Assembly: GCA_049976505.1 (NCBI GenBank)
Contig: JBMFIC010000002.1
Location: 21,765 to 85,764 of the forward strand
Origin: Nitrososphaeria archaeon
GTDB taxonomy: Archaea > Thermoproteota > Nitrososphaeria > Conexivisphaerales > UBA164
Length of the DNA: 64,000 nucleotides
Direction: 5' to 3'
Each line of letters opens with the position of its first letter. Positions within the stretch are counted from its first letter, which is position 1. This document shows positions 49,730-58,686 of the stretch, one piece after another. The notes under the pieces were generated by a model that was not told the origin of the DNA, made no database searches, and saw nothing but the letters and a program-made list of their open reading frames with translations. Both the position numbers and the translations under genes were made by a program.

Positions 49730-50655
49730 GGAAAGTGAAAAAACTAAATGGAAACTGTACGATGGAGTGCAAGAGCACGAATACCTAAGATATGCTTGAA
49801 CTGATAGGAAAAGTTGTTGATGAGTCCTTACACTTATATAGGCTTTTAAAAAAGACGTTACCGGGAAGCTATGATATTATGCAGACATTTTGGCTAAATA
49901 ATCCTTGCTCATCAGTGCGAATGCAGGCCTGATAAGGGTTACAGAAGGGTAAATAAGTGTGGACATGGACTGCTTTGGCGTAGATTAGCTTGTAAACCAT
50001 AAACTCTGGAAAACACATACAGCGACTATCACATCATGAAAATACTGAACGATGCTTTTTCATAACCCAGCAACCGGTGTTGATGTTTGAGCATAAGTTC
50101 AGCATAGACGGAATGTGCTTTGAAATAACAATTAAGGCGAACTAGAAATCACCAAAGGAAAAGATACTTGGAGGAAGGGAAAAGAAGAAGCACTTTGAAA
50201 AGGTTCTTATAGTTGCAGGAACAACTTTTAAGATCATACCTTCTTTTTGCTATAATTCATACGCCTATATTCGGCGAAACGATTTATCTTAAGCCTGTAC
50301 TTGAGCAGATAGTGCATTTATATGAGATGGTTAAGCTGCACACGACTGATGCAGGCTATTTATCCAGAGAGAACTGCAAAGCCATAGGGTAAAAGGGTAT
50401 ATTCTGGATATTCCTAAAAATAGGGATAACTTACTTTGGGCCGACTCGTAGGTGAGATGATTTACAGCTTTATATGCGATATACAGTAGTACCTAAGACA
50501 GCACCATATGAGGTCGATAATAAATACAGTAAAATCGACACTAAAGAGGACTATGCCTTCCCTATCTAAATGAAAAAGCTTATCGTGAGAAAGGCAGCAG
50601 AGATTGTTGCAACAAGACGCGTGTACAACCTGAGGAGGCTTGTGTAGTTAAAATG
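49730..50655 (+). pseudogene. DDE (IS4/IS5-superfamily-like) transposase pseudogene
   Basis: Broken + strand frames read KTKWKLYDGVQEHEYLRYA*..., ...TDAGYLSRENCKAIG*... and ...RKAAEIVATRRVYNLRRLV*, the usual D-x-G-Y and C-terminal YN-L pattern. Confidence 0.5.
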
Positions 50656-51059
50656 CTCAAAAAGGGAATTGATACAATGATGAGGTGGATGTTAATGGTC
50701 CGGCCTTTAATACTGGACCTACTTGACCCACTAGCGCCCTTTTTCAAAGCCGTGATAAGGCAAGATGCCGGTCATAATGGTGGCCAATTGGTGACTGATG
50801 AACACTTTTTTGAGCATTTTTGCTTAAACCATAAGCTAAAACTAAAGGCCCAGCTAAATTATATCAGTAAAATCTAAAAATCAGGATATTAACTTAAATG
50901 CTTGTCTTTTACATAATAAAAAAGTTAAAGTTATAAATTAGCATCCACTATTGGTATGAAACCATCTATATATAATTAGGTTTCTATAAATTTGATTGCA
51001 AGAATAACTTAATTTATTAATACATATTTACTTTTTTACTATCTGTTTAAATGATGATC

Positions 51060-51840
51060 TAAACCTCTTTGTTTTCGTACTTCGTTCAGTTCATAGAAAT
51101 ACTGCTTTTTCGGAAAGAGCTCATTTCATCATGGACCAAAGTATTAGCATAGCTCCCCTAAGAGACCTCTCGCAGTTCTGGCCTTAATGTCTTCCCCAAG
51201 CTTCCTCTTAACTACAGAGAACGTTTCTTCAACAGCCTACCTTAAACTGTACTTTGTCACTTTAAACCGTGCCTTATATTTTAATGGAAGATACTTCCTT
51301 ACCTTTAAGCCTATTCAGCATCCCCTATTGCATAGAATACTTTAATTTTTAATAATTATTTATATATTATTATAATTATTACAAATTTATTATAAAAATA
51401 CAAATTAATATCACATTAATATTATACGCTCCATCTCTAAAGAACTTTTTGGCCTTATTCATCATCCTTCTTAATATCCTTACTTTTAATCCACTTTACA
51501 GCCACTTAGCTTCAGATCCTTCACCTGTGTATGCATGAACGTCTATAAACTTTTTAGTCCTGACGTCTGCAGTTATTACTGCCTTAACGTACCTCTCTTT
51601 ATGTTCCCGTCGATGCATGTCCTGCACTCTCTGGCTGACCCAGACTTTGAGCCAGTTCTGTCTATAGCGGCTCACCTTTATACTACTCAGGAAGCTCTAT
51701 TTAGGGCTTCATGCCGTGAATTTTGTAGCATGTTATAGTGCATCGTGGAAGTAGGGTATAAAGCCAAGCTTTTCAAGAACCTGGATATGCCCTCCTAGGC
51801 TTCAGCAGTCCATTCATTGGTATAGAATAGTTTGTCCATA
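51060..51840 (-). pseudogene. further transposase remnants flanking an 80-nt pure A+T tract
   Basis: The - strand reads ...VEETFSVVKRKLGEDIKARTARGLLGEL... (a DDE C-terminal type) at about 51130-51260. Other frames are broken. Confidence 0.3.
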
Positions 51841-52241
51841 AATTATGAAATTTAAGCACGACATAAAGTAATGCCGGCTTTTTGTTTCACCTGCGTTGCC
51901 TTTGCTGCGTGCCGCCTACCGTATATATAGGTTGAAAAGTCCTGCCGTCGCCTGCTGCGTTTACAACAGTCCTTCCCCTGCATATTCACGATCAAAATTT
52001 TTAAAATGAACGGCAGGATGAGCGCCAGCTCTAAAATCCTGAACCTGCCGTACTTCCAGTCCCTTGGCTTGATCTCTTTCTGTGATTTTTTACCTATTTT
52101 CATCAACCTTCGCTTATACAAAACAGGCCATCGAGTAAAAAGAGAGAAGTTATAAAGCAAAAAGTGCGTTGTTATTAATAATTTATGAACAAACCGTGAG
52201 GGTCGTAGAGTTTAAATAGTTGAAGAACGAACAATAAAATA

Positions 52242-52934
52242 ATGGTCGGAAAAATTACACGTTTGAATAAAGTATTAGTTAAAAATAGTAAAACATTCAT
52301 TACTCCTTTTGATTATGAGATTGAAAGTTATTATCAGGAATTCGAAGACTTTATAAAATTAATTATCGAAGAAGTAATAAAGAGAGGTGCTAATGCCTTC
52401 TGCGACGCGAGTTCAGAAGCAGTATGGCGAGAAGCTATACAAAAAATGGGTATTGTGTATAGATCATCTGAGGCAACTGAAACACCTTCTGATGTATATG
52501 ATCAAAGAGAATCGTCTTCTTCACATACAGCACTAAAACTAAGTGCTGACGCTATAGTGTTTACTTTAGTGGTTGGTTATCCTAAAGAAAATGACATTAT
52601 AACAATTTTTGAAGAAATTTCGGATCAAGCGTATGAGTTTGGCGTACCTTTAATTGGGGAAATTGATGTGCGACCTGATGTAAGTGTAAACAAGGGCGAA
52701 CTTACTAGACAAGGCATAATAGGATCAAGCGAAGAAAATGCAAATATAATCAATTCTTATTATTCAAATTATTCAAAAGAAAAAAGCTATTATAATAATG
52801 TTGTATGTAAAATACTCTTTAACACCACCTATGGCAGCGGGAGTTCAAAAATGGTTAGAGCTCTATCTGCTATTATTCGAGAAGGAAAAGAGGTTAATAA
52901 AGCAAAACGAGTGTTACAGGTGAAAGATAATTGA
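52242..52934 (+). CDS. DhnA-type class I aldolase-like protein with substituted catalytic positions
   Basis: GKITRLNKV..., ALKLSADAIVFTLVVGYPKENDIITIFEEISDQAYEFGVPLIGEI aligns by eye with the DhnA/FbaB family. The DHG position reads DYE. The expected Schiff-base K region reads IINSYYS. Confidence 0.4.
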   Translation: MVGKITRLNKVLVKNSKTFITPFDYEIESYYQEFEDFIKLIIEEVIKRGANAFCDASSEAVWREAIQKMGIVYRSSEATETPSDVYDQRESSSSHTALKLSADAIVFTLVVGYPKENDIITIFEEISDQAYEFGVPLIGEIDVRPDVSVNKGELTRQGIIGSSEENANIINSYYSNYSKEKSYYNNVVCKILFNTTYGSGSSKMVRALSAIIREGKEVNKAKRVLQVKDN

Positions 52935-53971
52935 AGGCCGCTGTGTTGTATAAACCTCTTGACTTAAGGATTGAAGATATAGATACACCAAAACCAAAAA
53001 ATGGAGAAATACTAGTTAAAGTTGACACCTCTGGGTTATGCCCTTCTGATGTAAAAATTTACAAATATGGGAGTAGCAATGTAAAATACCCAGTTGTTCT
53101 TGGACATGAATTTACTGGAGTTGTTTATGCTTTGGGAGATGATGTAGAATCATTTTCAGAAGGTGACAAAGTGGTTGTAGCAGCTGATGCATATTGTGGA
53201 AAATGTGAGATGTGTAAAATAGGAAAAGAAAACCTTTGTTATAATCCTCTTTCTTTTGGATATAATATTAATGGGGCTCATGCAGAGTTTGTATTGGTGC
53301 CAAAAAGATTTGTTGATAGGGGCGGAATTAAAAAAATAAACCCAAAAATATCACTTGAAGCTATGTCAATGGCAGAACCTCTTGCTTGTACAATTCATAG
53401 CTTGAGAATTCTTAACCTTGAGTTTAGTGACAATCTTTTAGTTATAGGCGATGGCCCTATGGGGCTTTTACATGTAATTGCTGCTAAGGCCTTAGGTATT
53501 AACAATATTGCTGTAGTAGGGTTAGTTAAATGGAAACTTGAGCTAGCCAAAGCGCTAGGTGCTAGTTATATATTTAATGCAGCAGAATCTCCAAATATTA
53601 TAAATGACATAAAGGACATATTTCATAATGGATTTGCTGGCGTTGTAATTACAGTCGTAAACCAAGAAACAATTTCAGAAGCCATGAAACTAGCTTCAAA
53701 AGGTGGTAAGATTAGCGTATTTGCGGGTTTACCCAGTGGGCAAAGTCAATTTACATTAGATACAAACATAATACATTATAATGAAGTTTCTCTCATGGGA
53801 AGCTCGGGCTACACCTATCATGAATTTGATTTAGCTTATAAAATTATAGAAAAAGAACAAGACTCTTTTTTAAAACTTGTCACTCATAGGTTTAAACTAG
53901 AAAATATTTACGATGCTATAAAAATTTGGGAAAATAAAGATAAATCACTAAAAATATTAATAACTAGGTAA
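52931..53971 (+). CDS. zinc-dependent medium-chain alcohol/polyol dehydrogenase
   Basis: GLCPSDVKIY...VVLGHEFTGVV (catalytic Zn), CGKCEMCKIGKENLC (structural Zn) and GDGPMGLL (Rossmann). TTG start overlaps the upstream stop. Confidence 0.85.
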   Translation: MKAAVLYKPLDLRIEDIDTPKPKNGEILVKVDTSGLCPSDVKIYKYGSSNVKYPVVLGHEFTGVVYALGDDVESFSEGDKVVVAADAYCGKCEMCKIGKENLCYNPLSFGYNINGAHAEFVLVPKRFVDRGGIKKINPKISLEAMSMAEPLACTIHSLRILNLEFSDNLLVIGDGPMGLLHVIAAKALGINNIAVVGLVKWKLELAKALGASYIFNAAESPNIINDIKDIFHNGFAGVVITVVNQETISEAMKLASKGGKISVFAGLPSGQSQFTLDTNIIHYNEVSLMGSSGYTYHEFDLAYKIIEKEQDSFLKLVTHRFKLENIYDAIKIWENKDKSLKILITR

Positions 53972-53999
53972 TTTTGAATATAGTGCAATCATTGATATG

Positions 54000-55095
54000 A
54001 AACAAAAATACTTTGTACATGAGTATAGATATCGATACTTATTATATAAAGGAAACTATGGTAAAAGATAAGTAAATATTAATAAAAATAAAAATTCAGC
54101 TCGCCCATGTTATATTCCTAATCATATCTATTTCTAACAGATGGATTGTAATAAATGTAGATAATTTTTAGCGTTTCACCTTATGTTAAAAAACTTTTAA
54201 AAAGTCTAGAAAACAATAAATACATTTAGGTTTGTGAACGACGACACCAGTTTTTTATTAGTTGGTAGTTGCAGAAAGCCATTAATGAAAATAATATCTT
54301 GTTGAATTAGCACAATTTTGGCCATTATTTTACCAAGCCTCTAACAACTGCTTCCTGACCCACAGCCTTTATGTCAGAATCATCAAAAATGATGAGGAAG
54401 CCTTGTCTCCGAACTCTAGTGAGTTTTTCATGGTTGCGCTACTTAACCCCATAAGCCTTTTACCTACGGTGCTCCAAATAAATATGATCATATTAGTTTT
54501 TGCTTGACGATACTCGTTCCCCAACTTGAGACCTTAAACTAGTAATAACATTAAAAACGCCATTTGGTAAACGTACTGCCGCTAAATCTTTGGCTAGCAT
54601 CAAAGTAGCTAAAAGTATATAAACTCGCTGGCTTAATAATGATAACGTTTCCCACATATAGCTACAATTGCTCTACAAATTCCAACTACAAATGGTTAGT
54701 TCTAAAATGTTATTAAAACAATTATTCCTATTGGATCTCTTCTAATTGTGCTTGATCCTTATAGTAAGTATTTTTTTAAGCGAATGCCCTAAAAATATAT
54801 AGCCTTTCTCGCAATACACATTATCTACAGTATATGATATATCATAGTTTGATACTGCTTTATTGTTTTCCGTTTATTAAAATTTCTACCTTAGAATATT
54901 CATCAAACTCCTTCTCTTCTTTCAGCCAATTTTAATAGTAAATTAAAGCGATCAGGAGGCGTTAAAATTGCTCTAAACACCTTTATCAAGCGTTGTTCTA
55001 GTCACGTCTATCGCTGCTTTTACATCATCCATTGAAGCTTTTTGTACTGTCGCAATATTTTTCCCATTTCCCATTTGAAGATGTATCACGTTAAT
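54000..55095 (-). pseudogene. aldehyde dehydrogenase pseudogene (frameshifted, stops, 3'-truncated)
   Basis: The - strand fragments, in order, are GNGKNIATVQKASMDDVKAAIDV (N-terminus), LPNGVFNVITS, EKLTRVRRQGFLIIFDDSDIKAV (the LELGGKSP...DAD region, mutated) and NNGQNCANSTR (the catalytic GQxC region). Confidence 0.6.
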
Positions 55096-55106
55096 TTTCT
55101 CCTCGC

Positions 55107-55349
55107 TTGAAGAAGGTTTCTTTTCCCCATTCCCGAATGAGGGCGTCCGGTTCGAACTTTACGTACATGATGGGGAGAGGAATTGGAGCGGCATCGCCTC
55201 CGATATTTGTTCCAATGCTGCTTACCACACCATATGCTATGGGCAATCTTGGAGCAGCTATATTTATTGGGATGATGCTCGGAGCGATTATACAGTTTAT
55301 AGCAATCTTTGGATTAAAGGAAACAAAGGGAACGATAATAACGGCATAA
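55107..55349 (+). pseudogene. C-terminal fragment of an MFS-type transporter
   Basis: ...GIGAASPPIFVPMLL...LGAAIFIGMMLGAIIQFIAIFGLKETKGTII resembles the last two TMs plus the ETKG tail of sugar/MFS porters. No upstream body is present. Confidence 0.45.
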
Positions 55350-55355
55350 CCAGTA

Positions 55356-56215
55356 CTAAATATCACCTAATCCAAAGATATTTTTGTACGTTTTTATATG
55401 TTTCAGCGCGTTTCCAGTCAAGATCACTACTATTCTTTTGCCTTTAATCCCAAGCTTCTGAATAGTCGCAACGGAGGCCAGCGATGCAAGCTCGCAAAAT
55501 AAACCCTGTCTAGCTGCGTCCAATGCATATGCTGCAGCCTCGTGATCTTCAACAGGCACACTTCTCCTCCGCTTTCACTTATTGCCCTGTCCAGCTCCCC
55601 TCCATCAAACCTGTGATATCCTGCTATGCTTTCCATGAGTACAGAGTTAGGAGCCACGGCTGCTATCATGCGGGGTCTTGCAGTTTTTTTGATACCTAGC
55701 CATATGCCGCTTAAGAGTGTGCCGTTGTTGGTAGGGACTATTATGTAATCCAAGTTGCCAGACAGCTGTCTCCCAATTTCCTCACCTATGCTTGAGTCGC
55801 CGAGTATCTTGTTAAAGTTCTTTCCTGGATTCGCTGACTCTATTCCATTTCTTGTTGCGAACTCCTCGCTCTGTCTTATTGCGTCCGAATAGCTTCCCTC
55901 AACTAGGTGAAGAACGGGTCTAAAAGTTTTGATGAAGCTAAGCCTCTCCTTGCTTATGCTCTTCGAGACGAAAACGTGCACCTTTACCCCGTATCCCAGT
56001 GCAAGTGCTGATAGAGAGATCGCCGCATTGCCGGTGCTCGCTATGACCACCTCCTTTCTGCTAAGGTTATCAAGAACCGCAATCGACTCCCTGTCCTTAT
56101 GGGATCCTGTGGGATTATATAGCTCCAGCTTGGCGAATATCTCGTTGTCAAGCCTTTTGCTCAGCTCAGGTAACCTGACAAGTGGCGTAGGGTAAATCGA
56201 TTTTATAGACTCCAT
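55356..56215 (-). pseudogene. threonine-synthase-like PLP enzyme with a frameshift
   Basis: NPTGSHKDR (PLP Lys), ASTGNAA and VPTNNGTLLSG. The frame breaks at the GTGTG microrepeat (complement of 55556-55560). Removing one TG joins ...SESGGEV to PVEDHEAAAYALD...LTGNALKH. Confidence 0.6.
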
Positions 56216-56263
56216 GATTTGCCAATTAGGCAACGTTTATATTAAACCTTCGGTATGTAGATG

Positions 56264-56700
56264 TTTTCGCAGGTATAAAGCTTCGCTCTTTTAGATGAAT
56301 TCAAATGGACCTCATCGGCCCAAGCGTTTGTGCGACCCTAATAGGAAGTTATATAGCTCTTCTCTAAGCTCTTGGGAGAAGGGCTTGGCATAAAGGCTGA
56401 AAAGAAATTAGAGCCTGAGGGCACAGTTAAACCGATTATGTACATATCGTTGAACAGAACCTATGCTGAAACAGTGTCAACGATCTTGCAGAGCACATGA
56501 GCGCTCCCTCTCTTGATGTAACGTTAAGGAAGCTCGAATGCCCTGACCCCGGATCCGCAGCAAACTCTTTGAGCCAGATAAAAGCGAAGGTCGTCAAGAA
56601 GGCCTCAGGGGTAAGGCGTCTGCCGGATTTTAGATGCTTCTTTGCCATGGCCTGTGTCGAGAACTTGGCACAAAGATGAAGGTGTTGTTGGCAGGAAAGC
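56264..56700 (+). mobile_element. IS4/ISH3-like element, copy 3 (5' fragment only)
   Basis: The left end is homologous to copy 1. 56364-56601 is identical to copy 2. After 56601 it resembles copy 1 again (GTCTGCCGGATTTTAGATGCT...) and then ends. The right boundary is approximate. Confidence 0.6.
56364..56601. repeat. 238-bp perfect direct repeat (copy-3 side)
   Basis: Identical to 47097-47334. Confidence 0.9.
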
Positions 56701-56785
56701 GTCACGGCCAGACCAATCGACCGTGAACGCCAGTTCGTTGAGCTTCTATCTCGTTATTGATTGTTTTAAATATGTGAAAGAACTG

Positions 56786-57886
56786 CTATCTACCTGACCT
56801 CTGATAGAACAACGACCTCAGAACTCCGAAGGGAGCCTCGGTCTTCACCCCAGAGGTGTAAAATGCCGTCCTAGATGCTCTGAATCCCATCTCTTTTAGT
56901 ACATCCACCAGATCACGGGTGGCAGGGGTTTGGGTCTTCAGGTTAGAGGAAAGAGCTCTCAGATCATAATAATACGGTATTTCGTCGAGCTCCTCAAGGG
57001 CCATCTCGAAGAGCTTTTTACATTCAGGACAGTCCTCGGAAAGATCCTTTGCAACTGATATTATCCTTTTATCATAAATCCGTCCTGTATAGATTGGGCC
57101 AACAGGCAACATTCTATCACAACAGTACGGACAACGATAAAGCTCCTCCCTCGTAACGTAACCGCAGCTGCTGATCAACAGGCTGTTCAGCTCGGAAACC
57201 AGCTCAAGGGCAAGCTTTGCGCTGGGCCGAATTATATGATAAGTTCTTATGTAGTGCTTATCCACGTGAGCAAACACCGGAACAGCTGCGAGATTGAGGA
57301 CGGAGGCCTCCATTATAACATTAGCCGCTGCTATCCTTGCCTGCATTTCCTTCAGAAAGCTTACCTTCCGAGCTACTACGTGGTACCTCTTGTAAAGCGC
57401 TTCAGAATGTATGCCCCCGAGAACCTGGGTGTCAGTGAACGTGAAGGCAACAAGCCCCTCTCCCTTTATCGCTCTGACTGAGTTGAAGACGTAGGGGGCA
57501 GAGGAGCCGAAGGGGTCCACGTCCATCGCATCAACTCTTCCGAGCCTGGAAAGCGTTTCAAGGAAGTCGTGGACGTCCAGGTTGAAAATCTGAACTTCGC
57601 CTTTTGGGGAGTTCTGCGTCCAGTTAAGCCTCGCGAGCTCGGCTGCCGATCTGCTGAGATCGTTGAGAAGGAACCTGATGAAGCCCTCACCCTCGAGGGC
57701 CAGCCTTATCGCCTTAATTCCAGTACCGCTGAATGGCTCGGCATAAGTGAGCTCACCGCCTCTTATCCTTGCATATGCGGTAAAGATCTTGACGAACACG
57801 CTCCTCGAAAAATAGCCAAGCGGGTTGTAAAAGGCCTCAAGGCCTTCCTTTTTCCTAAGTATCCTTGCCTTTCCCTCCACTATCAT
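56786..57886 (-). CDS. trm1: tRNA (guanine26-N2)-dimethyltransferase Trm1
   Basis: EGLEAFYNPLGYFSRS..., AEPFSGTGIKAIRLALE, VDAMDVDPFGS and a Cys cluster (CPYCCD...CPEC). ATG 57886 is preferred over TTG 57895. Confidence 0.85.
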   Translation of the reverse strand: MIVEGKARILRKKEGLEAFYNPLGYFSRSVFVKIFTAYARIRGGELTYAEPFSGTGIKAIRLALEGEGFIRFLLNDLSRSAAELARLNWTQNSPKGEVQIFNLDVHDFLETLSRLGRVDAMDVDPFGSSAPYVFNSVRAIKGEGLVAFTFTDTQVLGGIHSEALYKRYHVVARKVSFLKEMQARIAAANVIMEASVLNLAAVPVFAHVDKHYIRTYHIIRPSAKLALELVSELNSLLISSCGYVTREELYRCPYCCDRMLPVGPIYTGRIYDKRIISVAKDLSEDCPECKKLFEMALEELDEIPYYYDLRALSSNLKTQTPATRDLVDVLKEMGFRASRTAFYTSGVKTEAPFGVLRSLFYQRSGR

Positions 57887-58082
57887 ATCCTCCAAGTTCT
57901 ATCACCTGATAATGTACTTCGCTGCGTATAATTAAAAACGTAATTTGGGAGCGGATTTAACCGCTCAGGATCAGACGAGGTGCATCATATCATCTGAGAA
58001 GCTCATCAACGCAGTTCAGTTTCATCATCTCTTTCAGTTTAGTGTTCTCCCTAAATATATGTTTTGTTGCCGGCTGATCGCG

Positions 58083-58150
58083 CTGACCTCATCCCCGCCC
58101 TGAAGGGCGAGTGTTCCCGAGGTCTCGAGGGTTACTCCCTTTATGGGAGC
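58083..58150 (+). repeat. 68-nt GC-rich structured core, copy A, of an inverted paralogous module
   Basis: About 90% identical (6 substitutions and 1 indel) to the reverse complement of 63091-63159. Can fold as GACCUC/GAGGUC enclosing a CGCCC-UGAA-GGGCG hairpin, plus a CUCCC-UUUAU-GGGAG hairpin. Confidence 0.85.
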
Positions 58151-58200
58151 TATTAAGACATTTAATACCAAACACGTATTTAAGTTTTTACCGTTTTTGT

Positions 58201-58224
58201 CTTCGCCGTTCACGGCGAAGTTTT
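58201..58224 (+). terminator. hairpin plus T-run (CTTCGCCG-TTCA-CGGCGAAG-TTTT)
   Basis: Perfect 8-bp stem with a tetraloop, followed by T4. T5 runs at 58185-58189 and 58194-58198 precede it. Confidence 0.4.
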
Positions 58225-58274
58225 CTGCTTCTATTAAAAAAATTAATTAATATATAGTTTGTATAGATCTGTGT

Positions 58275-58667
58275 ATGACTAAGCCGATGGAGCTCGGAGA
58301 CATAAAGGAAGGCTCGTACATGATGATCGATGGCTCGCCCTGTAAGGTTGTTGAGGTAGAGAAAAGCAAGCCAGGAAAGCATGGAAGCGCCAAGGTAAGG
58401 GTTGTCGGAATAGATATATTCACAGGCGCTAAGAAGAGCTACGTGGGACCTTCGGAGTCAAAGGTGGAGGTGCCCATTATTGAGAAGGGCTCAGCACAGG
58501 TGGTTAACATTTCCGGAAACGTTGTCCAGCTCATGGATCTGCAGACCTTCCAGACCATAGATGCGGAGTACATGGAGGAAGACATCAGGTCGAGATTGCA
58601 GCCAGGACAGGAGGTCGAATACTGGAAGGTGCTCGACAAGGTCAAGATCATAAGGATTAAGTCATAA
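58275..58667 (+). CDS. eif5a: translation initiation factor 5A (aIF5A)
   Basis: Hypusine-site motif SKPGKHGSAKVRV and an OB-fold C-terminus. Confidence 0.95.
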   Translation: MTKPMELGDIKEGSYMMIDGSPCKVVEVEKSKPGKHGSAKVRVVGIDIFTGAKKSYVGPSESKVEVPIIEKGSAQVVNISGNVVQLMDLQTFQTIDAEYMEEDIRSRLQPGQEVEYWKVLDKVKIIRIKS

Positions 58668-58686
58668 AGACCGAAAAGTAAAAATA

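Noticed and set aside
50653-50877. A 74-aa + strand ORF at the end of the DDE pseudogene.
   Set aside because: It begins inside the transposase remnant and has no recognisable domain. It is probably a chance ORF in decayed IS sequence. I cannot exclude that it is a real small protein.
51852-52160. A 102-aa - strand ORF upstream of the aldolase-like gene.
   Set aside because: It is basic and low in complexity, has no motif, and sits in a patch of higher-GC debris. I treated it as a remnant rather than a gene.
55091-55366. A 91-aa - strand ORF overlapping the MFS fragment.
   Set aside because: The + strand reading (two TMs plus an ETKG tail) is the recognisable one. The - strand product is a hydrophobic mirror artefact.
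58083-58159. I considered reading repeat copy A as an H/ACA sRNA, because of its hairpins and an ACA at 58157-58159.
   Set aside because: There is no pseudouridylation-pocket geometry and no K-turn or K-loop in the upper stem. The ACA is not positioned directly after a lower stem.
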